Assembly (NCBI GenBank): GCA_963749495.1
Contig: CAVVMW010000024.1
Coordinates: 160,001-224,000, forward strand
Source: an uncultured bacterium
GTDB lineage: Bacteria > Verrucomicrobiota > Verrucomicrobiia > Limisphaerales > UBA8199
DNA: 64,000 bases
Direction of reading: 5' to 3'
The notes beneath the pieces were generated by a model that made no database searches, was not told the origin of the DNA, and worked only from the letters and a program-made list of their open reading frames with translations. A program made the position numbers and the translations under genes. This document shows positions 1 through 10,500 of this stretch, piece by piece (positions within the stretch are counted from its first letter, which is position 1; each line of letters opens with the position of its first letter).

Positions 1-57
1 ACGCGGCGGACTGGCAGGCGGAGTTCTTCATGGTGGCTGAACCGAAATAGCCCAACT

Positions 58-969
58 ATGTCAGACCTCGGTTCACAAGAGAGGGTTGAGGGTCGAGGGT
101 CGGGGGTCGAGGGAGCCCCGATGGGCGGCACATCTCTCCCTACGTTTCACGTTTCACGTTTCACGTTTCACGTCGAAGGAATCCAAAGCCGCCGACCCTC
201 GTCCCTCCTGCCTCGCCCTTCGCCCCTCGTCCCTCGCTCCCGCGCCTTCACCCTGATCGAGCTGCTGGTGGTCATCGCCATCATCGCAATCCTGGCGGCC
301 ATGCTGCTGCCGGCGCTGGCCAGCGCCAAAGAGAAGGGCCGGCGGACCACCTGCAAGAACAGCCAGCGGCAGTTTATCCTGGCCGTACACATGTTTGCCA
401 ACGACCAAGAGCAGTGGCTCCCAACCGGGGCCTCGGACATGGGCCCCCTGGATGACCACCTCCCCGTCTTGTGTACCAATACGCGCAATGCGATCATCGA
501 GTACACCGGGAACTACAAGATCCTCGATTGCCCGAGCCTGGGCTTGCCCTTCAATCAGCCCTGGGGCTGGATTCCGGATGATGGCGCAGGCTACGGAGTG
601 GTCATCGGCTACAACTACAACGGCGGCCACACCAATACCCCGTGGCCCGCCCTGCCGGGCAACAGCGCCGTGTGGATCTCTCCTCAGAAACTCACCGACC
701 CCAGCAGCCTGGTCCTGCTCTCCGACCTCAATGACTGGTCACCCGGCTACGGCAAGACCTTCGCCCCGCACGGCAAAAACGGACCCGTCCTGGCCGGCGG
801 CGATCCCACCAACGTCGGCGCCAACGGCGCCTCGTCACTGGCTGTCGGCGCAACCGGCGGCAACGTCGGCTTGCTCGACGGCTCGGTCTCCTGGCGCCAG
901 GCCCGGACCATGCTCAGCTATCGCGCCTCCCAGCAGTGGGGCAACAGCGGTTGCCAGGCGATGTGGTGA
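58..969 (+). CDS. Prepilin-type N-terminal cleavage/methylation domain protein (DUF1559-like); true start uncertain
   Basis: [29 protein letters not shown] motif and C-terminal [10 protein letters not shown]. The N-terminal extension runs through heptamer repeats ([10 protein letters not shown]), so the start may be ATG 121 or later. Confidence 0.9.
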   Translation: MSDLGSQERVEGRGSGVEGAPMGGTSLPTFHVSRFTFHVEGIQSRRPSSLLPRPSPLVPRSRAFTLIELLVVIAIIAILAAMLLPALASAKEKGRRTTCKNSQRQFILAVHMFANDQEQWLPTGASDMGPLDDHLPVLCTNTRNAIIEYTGNYKILDCPSLGLPFNQPWGWIPDDGAGYGVVIGYNYNGGHTNTPWPALPGNSAVWISPQKLTDPSSLVLLSDLNDWSPGYGKTFAPHGKNGPVLAGGDPTNVGANGASSLAVGATGGNVGLLDGSVSWRQARTMLSYRASQQWGNSGCQAMW

Positions 970-970
970 T

Positions 971-1104
971 GAATGACGAATGACGAATGACGAATGACGA
1001 ATGACGAATGACGAATGACGAATGACGAAGGTGAAACGTGAAACGTGAAAAACGAAGGATGAACCTCTGGTGATTCGTCATTCGTCATTCGTCATTCGTC
1101 ATTC
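971..1104. repeat. Heptamer arrays: (GAATGAC)8, (GTGAAAC)~3 and inverted (ATTCGTC)4 between convergent genes
   Basis: Read directly: 971-1026, 1031-1050, 1073-1104. Confidence 0.95.
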
Positions 1105-1106
1105 TC

Positions 1107-1979
1107 CTACGGGTCCAGGGCTGCGGCGGCGGTCATATCGGGGGTCCACGTGTTGACTATGTTGCCGTCCACACCGTCATGGGCTCGGTAGTCATTGTTC
1201 CAGTGCCGGCGCCACGTCGTGTTCTTCGGGTCCACCATCGGAGGGCGCTGGGAGGTGTCAACGTGGGTGTCGGCGAAGATGATGTCCACGCGATAGTTAT
1301 GGCGGTTGGAGGGCCATTGGCTGTGCCCGGAATCGGCGGCGGTCGGATCGAGATTGGCGTCGAAGCTGATCAGGCCGGCGATTTGCTCTCCCTTAACGTC
1401 GGCCAGCATGATCATCTCGGATGGCCGTACGATGTCGCTGTCCTTGACCGGCCCCTGATACCAGCCCCCGTCCACATCGCCCCCCAGGCCGAGCTGCGGC
1501 TTATGATTGATGTCCAGGCCCCAATCGTTGTATCCGAGCGAGAACCGTGAGGCGGGCGTGACGACAAATGGATCATATTTGCGGGTATATTCGCTGGTTC
1601 CGCCCAGGGTCTTATTGGCGTTGGTGTCCCACCACGCATTGGGCGGCGCGGCCGGGCAGTCGAAGGCGGCACGATTGTTCCCCATCAGGCTCAGGAGCCG
1701 CGTTGGCCAGACGTAGCTGCCCAGATTTGCCGAATAGTCGCCCGGATATTGCTTGAAGTCGCTCAGGTACATCGAAGTGGCAACGCCGATCTGGCGGAGG
1801 TTGTTGATGCACGAGGACTGCTTGGCGCGCGTCTTCGCCTTGGCGAGCGCCGGCAGGAGCATCGCCGCCAGGATCGCGATGATGGCGATAACGACGAGCA
1901 GTTCGATCAGGGTAAAGCCGCGGCAACGCCGTCCTCCCCTGCTCCCGCCCCCGCTCCCTGGATTCATGGGACTCTTCAT
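1107..1979 (-). CDS. Prepilin-type N-terminal cleavage/methylation domain protein (DUF1559 / H-X9-DG-like)
   Basis: [39 protein letters not shown]-terminal [15 protein letters not shown]. Confidence 0.92.
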   Translation of the reverse strand: MKSPMNPGSGGGSRGGRRCRGFTLIELLVVIAIIAILAAMLLPALAKAKTRAKQSSCINNLRQIGVATSMYLSDFKQYPGDYSANLGSYVWPTRLLSLMGNNRAAFDCPAAPPNAWWDTNANKTLGGTSEYTRKYDPFVVTPASRFSLGYNDWGLDINHKPQLGLGGDVDGGWYQGPVKDSDIVRPSEMIMLADVKGEQIAGLISFDANLDPTAADSGHSQWPSNRHNYRVDIIFADTHVDTSQRPPMVDPKNTTWRRHWNNDYRAHDGVDGNIVNTWTPDMTAAAALDP

Positions 1980-2074
1980 ATTCGTGCCTTTCTATGCTGG
2001 CAACTACGAGACTATGGACAATATGCCCCAGAGAAATCAATGAGCAAATTCCATGTCCGTTCACCCGGCCGGGC

Positions 2075-2270
2075 CCGTTGACAAAGTCGCTCGGTAGGCC
2101 GGTGCGCCGGGAGCGCGAGCGTAGCGCAGACTTCCAAGTCTGCTGTGTCGCGGGTTTCCAAACCCGCAGGCCGTCCGCAAACCGGGCGCGCTCGATATGC
2201 CGACGCCCTGCCGATTTGGAAATCGGCGATACGGCAGGTTTGGAAACCTGCGCTACAACTTTGTCAACGG
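2075..2270. repeat. REPIN-like palindrome (GTAGCGCAG...CTGCGCTAC, 2121-2256) inside a 13-bp outer inverted repeat
   Basis: CCGTTGACAAAGT 2075-2087 and ACTTTGTCAACGG 2258-2270; a similar copy lies at 43461-43657. Confidence 0.85.
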
Positions 2271-2275
2271 CCCCG

Positions 2276-3709
2276 TCACCCCGCCAGTGCCCGTGCGGTG
2301 GATTGGATGAGTTCCCAGGCGCGGCGGACGTGGCCGGCCTCGGTGCGGGTCTGGCCGACGCACAAGCGCAGGGTGAAGCGGCCGTTGAGGACGGTGTGGG
2401 TCAGGTAAAGGCGGCCGTCGCGGTTGAGTTGCTCGAGCAGGCGCCGGTTGAGGTCGTCGCCGCCGCGGTGGGCGAAGCAAACCAGGTTGAGCGGCGGCGG
2501 GGCCAGGAGTTGGAAGTCGGGCGAGGCCTCAACCCAGCGGGCGAATTGGCGGGCCAGCTCGACATGCCGCCGGACATGGTACTGGAGGCCCTGGACGCCG
2601 TAGTGGCGAATAACGAACCAGAGTTTGAGGGCGCGGAACCGGCGGCCCAGCGGCACCTGCCAATCGCGGTAATCGATGACGGCGCCGGACTCGGTGGCCT
2701 GGTTGCGCAGGTATTCGGGCAAAACGCTCAGCGCCTTGATAAGGGCCGCCCGCTCCGCCACGTAGAAACAGTCGCAGTCGAAATTGGTGAACATCCACTT
2801 GTGCGGATTGAAGGCGTAGGAATCGGCGTATTGGAGCCCCTCGAAAAAGTGGCGGAATTCGGGGCAGAGAGCGGCGGTGCCGGCCATGGCGCCGTCCACG
2901 TGAAGCCAGACCCGGTGCTCGGCACAGAGGCGGCCCAGCTCGGGCAGCGGATCGAAGGCGTTGGACGAGGTGGTGCCGGCCGTGGCCGAAACGAAGCACG
3001 GCTGCAGGCCGGCCTTTCGGTCCTGGGCGATTTGATGGGCCAGGGCCTCGGGCCGCATGGCGCAATGCGCGTCCACCTCGATGAACCGCAGATTGCGGCG
3101 TCCCAGCCCGGCTATCTTGACCGCCTTCTCGACCGATGAATGGGCGTGCGGCGAGGTATAGGCCGCCAGGCGGGCGGCGCAGCCCGTCTCATTGGTCTGG
3201 AGGCCGGTGGCGCGTTCGCGGGCGGCCAGCAAGGCGCAGAGCACGGCGCTGGAGGCGCTGTCCTGGATGACGCCGCCGCCGCTGCCGCAGGACTTGAACC
3301 GGGCCGGCAGCCCCGTCATGTCCGCCATCCAATCCAGCACATGCGTTTCCAGCTCAGTACACGCCGGGCTGGTGGCCCAAAGCATCCCCTGCACCCCCAG
3401 GCCGGCCGAGAGCAACTCTCCAAGGATGGACGGGCCGGAGTTGTTCGCGGGAAAGAAGGCAAAGAAATTCGGGGACTGCCAGTGCGTGATGCCCGGCAGG
3501 ATCACGCGGTCCACGTCTGCAAGGATGGCGTCGAACGGCTCGCCCTGCTGGGGCGGCTGGGCGGGCAGCGAGGCGCGGACCTGGCCCGGCTGCACGGCAG
3601 ACAGGACCGGCAGGGCTTCGACCCGCTCCAGGTAGGCGGCTATCCAATCCACCAGGGTGCGGCCCCAGCGGCGAAATTCCTCCGGGCTCATGTGGTAACT
3701 GGGCTCCAT
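2276..3709 (-). CDS. PLP-dependent aromatic L-amino-acid decarboxylase (group II)
   Basis: PGITHWQSPNFFAFFP, SPACTELE, HVDGAMAG, FNPHKW (PLP lysine), DWQVPLGRRFRALKLW. Confidence 0.93.
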   Translation of the reverse strand: MEPSYHMSPEEFRRWGRTLVDWIAAYLERVEALPVLSAVQPGQVRASLPAQPPQQGEPFDAILADVDRVILPGITHWQSPNFFAFFPANNSGPSILGELLSAGLGVQGMLWATSPACTELETHVLDWMADMTGLPARFKSCGSGGGVIQDSASSAVLCALLAARERATGLQTNETGCAARLAAYTSPHAHSSVEKAVKIAGLGRRNLRFIEVDAHCAMRPEALAHQIAQDRKAGLQPCFVSATAGTTSSNAFDPLPELGRLCAEHRVWLHVDGAMAGTAALCPEFRHFFEGLQYADSYAFNPHKWMFTNFDCDCFYVAERAALIKALSVLPEYLRNQATESGAVIDYRDWQVPLGRRFRALKLWFVIRHYGVQGLQYHVRRHVELARQFARWVEASPDFQLLAPPPLNLVCFAHRGGDDLNRRLLEQLNRDGRLYLTHTVLNGRFTLRLCVGQTRTEAGHVRRAWELIQSTARALAG

Positions 3710-3885
3710 ATAATCAGTAGCCGGCAGTATCCCGGCGCGAGGGCCGAGTGTCGAGGGCCGAGTGTCGCTTGCAGATCAAATCCTCTTGAATGCGTTGGCC
3801 CCGTAATGGCACTATCGAGCCAGTCAAACAACAAAGCCTTTTTTTCGATTAACACCCGGCGCGGCGGGAAAACTACGATGGGTCC

Positions 3886-4926
3886 ATGGACGCGATGGAG
3901 CACATTGCCGGTTCGGCCGAGTTGCGCAAACACGGCACGTCGGTGCTGGGCTTTGCCAGCGCGTATGTGCGCTCCATGCGGCTCTATTACTCGTTCGTGA
4001 CGGGGATAGCCGGCTGGCTGGGGGTGGCCTACTACGAATATCTGGCGGGCAACCCGGCGTTGCGGACCGTCGAGGTCGTGCCGTCGGCCGACCGGAAGGG
4101 GATCATTCTGGGGCTGCTTTTTCTGAGTTGGGGGATAAACCAGATCGTCAACGATTACCTGGGGCTGGCGGAGGACCGGATCAATGCGCCGCAGCGGCCG
4201 ATGGTGACGGGTGAACTGCCGCCGCGGCCGGCGCTGCTGGTGTCCTTTGGGCTGCTGGCCGCAGCGGGAGCGGTGACGTGGTTTTGCCTGGAACCGATCG
4301 CCCTGGTGTTTCTGCTGGCGGGAGTGGCTCTCAACGTGGTCTATGAATATGCCAAGGGCCACGGGGTGTGGGGCAACATTGTCTTCGGGCTGATGATTGT
4401 CATGGCGCCGCTCTTCGGCGGCTTCGCCTCGGGGCCCACCGCCGCGAGCGTTTTTCAGCCCAACCGGATTTCGGTGCTGTTGCTGGTCGGCCTGATGAAC
4501 GGCTTGATGACCTATTACACCTATTTCAAGGATTACCAGGGCGACCTGCTCGCCGGCAAACGCACGCTCGTCGTGAGGTCCGGGCTGGAGAAATCCCGCG
4601 TCCTGGCGATCGTTTCGGCGTTTCTGCCCACCCTGGTCTTCGCGGCGTTGCGGCTGAGCGGGATGCACCGGACGCCTTTGAACCATACCTTCATCCTCCT
4701 GGGAATTCTGACGGTCTTTCTCCAACTCTGGACGGGTGTGCTCTACTGGCGCAATCCCAGCGGGGTCAAGACGTATGCCTCGCTCAAGACCAACTTCCGC
4801 GCCTGCACGTGCGGCCAGGCCGCCCTGGTCGGCATCTTCAACCCGGACCTCGCCCTCTGGCTGTTTATCTTTTCCTACGTCTTCGTCGGGTTCCTCTTCG
4901 ATCTCCATGCCAACCCCAAGCAATGA
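3886..4926 (+). CDS. UbiA-family prenyltransferase
   Basis: Multi-pass membrane protein with NDYLGLAEDRINAPQRP and KDYQGDLLAGKRTL motifs. Confidence 0.85.
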   Translation: MDAMEHIAGSAELRKHGTSVLGFASAYVRSMRLYYSFVTGIAGWLGVAYYEYLAGNPALRTVEVVPSADRKGIILGLLFLSWGINQIVNDYLGLAEDRINAPQRPMVTGELPPRPALLVSFGLLAAAGAVTWFCLEPIALVFLLAGVALNVVYEYAKGHGVWGNIVFGLMIVMAPLFGGFASGPTAASVFQPNRISVLLLVGLMNGLMTYYTYFKDYQGDLLAGKRTLVVRSGLEKSRVLAIVSAFLPTLVFAALRLSGMHRTPLNHTFILLGILTVFLQLWTGVLYWRNPSGVKTYASLKTNFRACTCGQAALVGIFNPDLALWLFIFSYVFVGFLFDLHANPKQ

Positions 4927-4968
4927 GAAAAGAATGCTCAACCACAGATGAACACGGATAAGATGAAA

Positions 4969-5043
4969 CCACGGAATACGCGGAATACACGGAAAGAAAA
5001 CCGTCTGCCTCTGTGTTCCGTGTGTTCCGTGTGTTCCGTGGTT
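4969..5043. repeat. Inverted pair of 9-mer arrays (CACGGAATA-like / TGTTCCGTG)
   Basis: ccacggaatacgcggaatacacggaa followed by tgtgttccgtgtgttccgtgtgttccgtgg. Confidence 0.8.
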
Positions 5044-5077
5044 TCTTCCTTGCTCTGTTTTAGGTGAACCCACTCTT

Positions 5078-6296
5078 ATGCGCGTCTTCGAACCAGCGAG
5101 AATCGGGGGAGTGGAACTGCCGAACCGGATACTGCGGTCCGCCACGTTCGAAGGGCTCTGCGACGGGCAGGGCAGTCCCGGGGAGAGCTACCGGGACTTT
5201 TACGCCCGGCTGGCCACGCAGGGCTCGGGGCGGTGATTACCGGCTTTGCTTATGTGAGCGCGCAAGGCAGGGCCATGCAGCCGGGCCAGGCGGGCATTGA
5301 GTCGGACGCCAAGGTGGCGGCCTTTCGGCGCGTGACCGAGGCGGTCCATCGGAACAGCGGGCGCATCTTCCTGCAACTGGCCCATGCGGGGCGGCAGACC
5401 ACGCCGGCGGCGGCCGGGGGCGTTGTCTTTGGGGCCTCGGCCAGGCAGTCGCGCTACTTCAATGCCCGTCCCTGCCCGCTGACGGGGCCCCAGATTGAGG
5501 AGACAGCCACGGCTTTCGGGGCTGCCGCGGGGCGCGCCCGTGAGGCGGGCTTCGACGGCGTGCAACTGCACGCGGCGCACGGCTACCTGCTGCACCAGTT
5601 CATCCATCCCGCCATCAATGACCGGACCGATGGTTACGGCCTGGATGCGCGCCGCGGCATCGGCACGGCCTTCGTCGAGCGGGTGATCGCCGAGGCGCGC
5701 CGGGCCTGCGGGCCGAGTACCCGTTGCTGATCAAGGTCAGCGCCGGAGACAACTACCGGCGCCCGCTGCGAGAGAGCGAGTTCGTCGAACTCATCCGTTT
5801 CCTGGAAGGCTGCGGGCTGGCGGCGGTGGAAATCAGCTTCGGCACCATGGACGATGCCCTGAATATTTTTCGCGGGCAGACGATCCCATACAAAGCCATC
5901 CTCGCTTTCAATCCCCGCTACGGGCGCCGGTGCGGGCTGCGGCGGTGGGCAAACCGGGTTTTCATCCTGCCGGTCTTGAAGCGGCGCTGCACGCCCTTCG
6001 AGCCGATGTATAACCTGGCCCGCGCGCGGCTGGCCAAGCGGCACACGAAGATGCCGGTGATTTGCGTGGGCGGTTTCCGCAGCGGACGCCACATCAAGCA
6101 CGCGATCGAGGAGCAGGGGATCGATTTTGTGAGCTTGTGCCGGCCCATCGTCTGCGAGCCGGGATTCGCGCTCAAGCTCCGGCAAGACGAGGCCTGCAAG
6201 TCGCGCTGCCGCAATTGCAACCAGTGCGCGGTCTTGTGCGACTCCGGCCGGCCTACCCGGTGTTATGGGGCCGCGCAGGAGGGAGGGCAGATATGA
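5078..6296 (+). CDS. NADH:flavin oxidoreductase (old yellow enzyme family); two apparent frameshifts (~5225, ~5720)
   Basis: MRVFEPARIGGVELPNRILRSATFEG from ATG 5078, LQLAHAGRQ, GFDGVQLHAAHGYLLHQF, C-terminal CRNCNQC. The parts lie in different reading frames. Confidence 0.85.
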
Positions 6297-6345
6297 CCCC
6301 CGCGCGTTTTCTCGGGGCAGACATTGGGCTGGGCTGCGGTGAGAT

Positions 6346-6456
6346 GGGAGTGCGCCCGTCCTCGGGCGCAGCGCCGTCCGCAGCCAGGGCAGCAGTCGAG
6401 TACTCCGGCGCGCGGGCCCGCTCCGTCGCTGCTGCGCCCGAGGACGGGCGCACTCC
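6346..6456. repeat. REP-like inverted repeat (GGAGTGCGCCCGTCCTCGGGCGCAGC ... GCTGCGCCCGAGGACGGGCGCACTCC)
   Basis: Long inverted repeat whose arms are themselves hairpins. Confidence 0.85.
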
Positions 6457-6487
6457 GGCCATTTGTCCGGATGATTGTGTTTGAGCT

Positions 6488-6853
6488 ATGAGCATCGAAG
6501 AAAAAGTCGTTTCCATTGTCCGTGCCAATACCGAAGAAAAGGACGGCGTCACCCTGGACAGCGACCTGCGCAAGGAGTTGCGCCTGGATTCCTTCGGGAC
6601 CTTGATGATCCTCAACGCCCTCGAAGAGACTTACAACATCGCCGTCGACGAGGCCGACTTCGCCCAGGTCAATCGCGTGAGCGATATCGTGACCCTGCTG
6701 AGCTCGAAATATGGCGTCGGCGCCACATGTTCAGTGGGGGGCGGGATAGGGCAAACCCCCAGACCCCTCACCCCGGCCCTCTCCCCATCAGATGGGGAGA
6801 GGGAGACCACCGCCGGCCGTCCGATGAATCCGGCGGAGCGCACCCATCAGTAA
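6488..6853 (+). CDS. Acyl carrier protein; C-terminal ~40 aa derive from a REP-containing extension
   Basis: Acidic ~75-aa core with LRLDSFGTLMI (phosphopantetheine Ser). The tail PLTPALSPSDGERE is the translated CCCCTCACCCC REP. Confidence 0.88.
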   Translation: MSIEEKVVSIVRANTEEKDGVTLDSDLRKELRLDSFGTLMILNALEETYNIAVDEADFAQVNRVSDIVTLLSSKYGVGATCSVGGGIGQTPRPLTPALSPSDGERETTAGRPMNPAERTHQ

Positions 6854-6860
6854 ACCCGCC

Positions 6861-8078
6861 ATGGAAGCAACCCAATTCTACAAGACCCTGGGGGTGGACC
6901 GTTCGGCCCTCGACAGGCTCGGGTTCAACCCCTATTACCGGCCGCTGAGCGGCTTGCGCCGCGGGCTGCCGCTGAGTCAGGGGCGGGTGTGCTACGATCT
7001 GGCCTCCAACGATTACCTGGGCCTGGCCTCGGAGCCGCGCATCCACCGGGCCATGGCCGCGGCCATCGAGCAATACGGCTCATCAATGTGCGGCACGCCG
7101 GTGGCCACGGGTTACGCCCATATCCTGGGCGAGTTGGAGAAGGCGCTTTGCCAGTTTGTCGGCCTGGAAGACGCTGTGGTCTTTCCCTCGTGTTACCAGG
7201 CCAACCAGGCCCTGTTCGGCGCCATCGCCGGGCCTGGGGATGTCATCCTGGTGGATCGCGGCGCCCATGCCTCGCTGGTTCAGGGCATCCGGGCCGCAGG
7301 CCCCAAGATCAAGCCGTTCCGGCACAACGACCTCGATCACCTCGAAAAACTCCTGGTTGCCTCCACGGGTTTCCGCCAGAGCTTCGTGGTCACCGAGTCA
7401 GTGTTTTCAACCGAAGGCGCGGTGGCCCCGCTGGCGGGGATAGTTGGATTGTGCCGGCGCCACGAGGCGGTGGCGGTCGTGGACGATTCGCACGGGCTTG
7501 GCGTGCTGGGCACGGGCGGACGAGGCATCCTCCAGGACCAGGCGCTGGCCGATTTCGAGGGCATCTACACCGCCTCGCTCGGCAAGGCGCTGGCCAATGC
7601 GGGCGGGGTCATTGCCGGGAAACGGGCCTTGATCGAGGCGCTGCGCTACTGCTGCCCGGCACTGATCTACTCGACGGCGCTCACGCCCTCATGCGCCGGG
7701 GGCGTCCTGGCCGCGCTGGACATCCTCCGGCTCGAGTTCGGCGTCCTGGGCAAGGCGATGTGGCAGAACCACCGGCGGCTCCAACAGATGCTCCAATCCC
7801 GCGGCTTCGAACTACACCCGGCTGGCGCGCCCATCGCGGCGATTCGCTGCCTCTCGCCCGAGCACACGATTGCGCTGGCCCGGGATTTCTGGCGCCAGGC
7901 AGTCCTGACGACCCCTTTTGTGCCCCCTTCGGTCCCGCCAGGTCAGGGCGTGCTGCGGCTGATCGCAGGGGCCAAGCTGAGCGAGCCGGCTTTGAGCCAG
8001 GCGCTCGAGGCGGTGGAGCGCGTCGGCACGCAGATACCAGAGGCCGCCCTGGCGGTGGCGGAGAAAGGCCAGCGATGA
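6861..8078 (+). CDS. Alpha-oxoamine synthase family PLP enzyme (serine palmitoyltransferase/BioF-like)
   Basis: ASNDYLGL, HASL, FRHND, TESVFSTEG, DDSHGLG, ASLGKA (PLP lysine). Confidence 0.88.
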   Translation: MEATQFYKTLGVDRSALDRLGFNPYYRPLSGLRRGLPLSQGRVCYDLASNDYLGLASEPRIHRAMAAAIEQYGSSMCGTPVATGYAHILGELEKALCQFVGLEDAVVFPSCYQANQALFGAIAGPGDVILVDRGAHASLVQGIRAAGPKIKPFRHNDLDHLEKLLVASTGFRQSFVVTESVFSTEGAVAPLAGIVGLCRRHEAVAVVDDSHGLGVLGTGGRGILQDQALADFEGIYTASLGKALANAGGVIAGKRALIEALRYCCPALIYSTALTPSCAGGVLAALDILRLEFGVLGKAMWQNHRRLQQMLQSRGFELHPAGAPIAAIRCLSPEHTIALARDFWRQAVLTTPFVPPSVPPGQGVLRLIAGAKLSEPALSQALEAVERVGTQIPEAALAVAEKGQR

Positions 8079-8109
8079 CAAAGGTGCCAATGCGTGACCT
8101 TCACAAACT

Positions 8110-8287
8110 TCACCGCGTAGCGGTGGCTGACGGTAGCCGTGGACTTCCAGTCCACGGATTTCAGGACCGGGCTGACCCGCGTCGCGTAGCGACGCCTGAA
8201 GCGTCGCTACGCGACGCTTGCTGCTTCCCCCGCCCGACCCCATGGACTGAAGTCCATGGCTACCTTCAAGCGTCGCTCCGCGACGCA
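8110..8287. repeat. REPIN-like element family A (GTAGCCGTGGACTTCCAGTCCACGG ... GGCTAC)
   Basis: Homologous copies at ~14935, 49516, 54822 and 60736. Confidence 0.88.
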
Positions 8288-8307
8288 CAATGTGGCGTAT
8301 GCCAACG

Positions 8308-9312
8308 ATGAAATACTCTTTTATCGTCAATCTGCACTCCCGGAATGGGCGGGGGCGGAATCGGCTGGCGGCGTTGCGGGAGCAGATCCGCCGACGGGGG
8401 CTGCGGCATGAGCTGGTCTGCTGCGAGACGTTCGACCAGGCGCGCCAACTCTCCAGACAGGCCGCCCTGGCGGGGTGCGATGTCGTGGTGGCCGTGGGCG
8501 GCGACGGCACGATCAACCGCGTGCTCAACGGGTTGTTTGACGCGGACGGACACCGCCTCTGCGGGGCGCGGCTTGGGGTGGTGCACATTGGGACGAGCCC
8601 CGATTTTTGCCGCAGCTACGGCGTGCCGACCGAGTTGGGCGCCGCGATGGAGGCCCTTTGCTCGGGTGAGAGCCGCGCTATCCCGGTGGGGAGGGTGACC
8701 TACACGACTGAGGACGGGCTGGAGAATGGACGTCCAAGCCAGTTCTTCGGCTGCTGCGCCAACATCGGCCTGGGCGCCGCCCTGGCGCGGCTGGCCAACG
8801 GCGGCATTCGCAAATATGCAGGCGATTTCCTCGGCACGCTCCTCTCACTGCTGCGCTTGTTGCCTCGTTACCGCCCGCAGACGGTGCCGATGGCCCTGGA
8901 TGGCCGGGCGCGCCGCATCTCGGGTGTGTACAACGTGGCCGTGGGCAAGACCGCCTATATCGCCTCGGGCATCAAGGTGTCCCATGCGCTCGGGCCGCAC
9001 GACGACCGGTTCTACGTCCTGTGCGCGCGCAACCTGGCCTGGAGCAATGTCGCCCGCATGCTGCGCGCCCTCTACAGCGGCCGGCCAATCGTCTCGGATG
9101 CCAACCTTTGGCTCGAATATGCGCGCCGTGTCGAATTCGGCCCGGTCCAGGGCGGAGCCGAGGTGGAATTCGACGGCGATCCCGCGGGCCAATGCCCATG
9201 CCGGATCCAGACGGCGCCTGAGCCTGTGGAGCTGGCGGGGGCGGGGACAAGCAAGGACCGCCGCTCGGCAGAAAGAAGAGGAAGGCAGAAAGATGGGGGC
9301 AGAAAGATATGA
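8308..9312 (+). CDS. Diacylglycerol/sphingosine kinase family lipid kinase
   Basis: FIVN, VAVGGDGTINRVLNG, GTSPDF, EFDGD motifs. Confidence 0.88.
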   Translation: MKYSFIVNLHSRNGRGRNRLAALREQIRRRGLRHELVCCETFDQARQLSRQAALAGCDVVVAVGGDGTINRVLNGLFDADGHRLCGARLGVVHIGTSPDFCRSYGVPTELGAAMEALCSGESRAIPVGRVTYTTEDGLENGRPSQFFGCCANIGLGAALARLANGGIRKYAGDFLGTLLSLLRLLPRYRPQTVPMALDGRARRISGVYNVAVGKTAYIASGIKVSHALGPHDDRFYVLCARNLAWSNVARMLRALYSGRPIVSDANLWLEYARRVEFGPVQGGAEVEFDGDPAGQCPCRIQTAPEPVELAGAGTSKDRRSAERRGRQKDGGRKI

Positions 9313-9340
9313 ACCTCAGCGAAACGGCGATCGGTGAACC

Positions 9341-9385
9341 TTCACGTTTCACGTTTCACGTTTCCCGTTTCACGTTTCACGTTTC
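9341..9385. repeat. (TTCACGT)n heptamer array
   Basis: Read directly; about 6 units with one variant. Confidence 0.9.
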
Positions 9386-9400
9386 AGCCTATCTCCGGCT

Positions 9401-10498
9401 ATGACCCTCAGCGAACACGCCATCTGTGAACTGCTCAGCGGGAGGCTGCCGTCGGGGCGGCTCAACCAGTGCTTCGAGTCGGACGCGGAAGTGATTGTGC
9501 TCAACGGGGGGCAGTGTCTCTTCACGATGGACGAGTTCTCGGGGGAAGACCTGTTTCGCGAGGGCGATGCGCGGCTGCTGGGCTGGAACATTGCGGTGGG
9601 GGCGATCAGCGATATTTACGCCTGCGGCGGCCGCCCGCTCTATTATGCGCACGCGCTGACAGTGAATGAGAGGTGGGACGGCAGGTATGTCGGCGGGTTT
9701 GGCGAGGGTGTCCGGGACGTACTCGAGGCGACGGGCGCGCGGTTTATCGGCGGGGATTGCGGCCGCTCCAGGCTCTGGCGCTGCACGGTGTCGGTGCTGG
9801 GCGCGTGCGACGGCACGCCGATTCTGCGCCGAGGCGCGGCGCCCGGCGACGGCATTTACCTGAGCGGTCAGGTCGGCGCCGGCAACCTCGAAGCGGCGCT
9901 GCGGTTGGCGGAGGCCGGGGCAGCGCCGGGGCAGGGCCTGGCCTTGCCCGCCGCCGCTCTGGCGGGCAATCCCAATGGCGGGCCGGCGGCGAGTTGGAAG
10001 CTGGACTGGGTGATGCGGCTGCCTGTGCGCCGGCAGGAATCGATGCTCGTGAAGAAGTTCGCCTCGGCCTGCATTGACACGAGCGATGGAGTGTGGGCGG
10101 GGCTCAACGCGCTGGGGGACCTCAACGGGTGCGGCTACGCCGTGGCCGATCTGCCCTACCTGGAGGCGGGACTGGACTTTTGCGGGAGGCTCTCGCGGCC
10201 CAGGAGCCTGCTCTTCCTGGGGGAGTGCGGGGAGTACGAATTGCTCTTTACGGTGAGACCGGAGCGTGAGGAGCCCTTGATGGCTGCGGCGCGGGAGCAG
10301 GGGTGCCGGTTGCACCGGCTGGGGAGCATGACGGCCGGCCCAAGGAGTCTCCGGGAAGAGGGGCGGACCACGGACCTCGCCTCCTGGCACATCCGGGCCC
10401 GTGATTATGCGACGCCAGAGGAGTATCTGGAGGCGCTCGTGGACGGGCTCGGGCGGGCTGCGGCGCCGGAGGACCGGCCCGACGGGCCCAGGAGTTGA
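9401..10498 (+). CDS. ThiL-like (AIR synthase-related/PurM superfamily) kinase
   Basis: ISDIYACGG, FIGGD, RRGAAPGDGIYLSG, CIDTSDG, GEYELLFT. Confidence 0.8.
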   Translation: MTLSEHAICELLSGRLPSGRLNQCFESDAEVIVLNGGQCLFTMDEFSGEDLFREGDARLLGWNIAVGAISDIYACGGRPLYYAHALTVNERWDGRYVGGFGEGVRDVLEATGARFIGGDCGRSRLWRCTVSVLGACDGTPILRRGAAPGDGIYLSGQVGAGNLEAALRLAEAGAAPGQGLALPAAALAGNPNGGPAASWKLDWVMRLPVRRQESMLVKKFASACIDTSDGVWAGLNALGDLNGCGYAVADLPYLEAGLDFCGRLSRPRSLLFLGECGEYELLFTVRPEREEPLMAAAREQGCRLHRLGSMTAGPRSLREEGRTTDLASWHIRARDYATPEEYLEALVDGLGRAAAPEDRPDGPRS

Positions 10499-10500
10499 AC

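Noticed and set aside
6861..10498. Assigning bioF and thiL gene symbols
   Set aside because: Family membership is clear, but the context has no other biotin or thiamine genes and suggests paralogs with other substrates.
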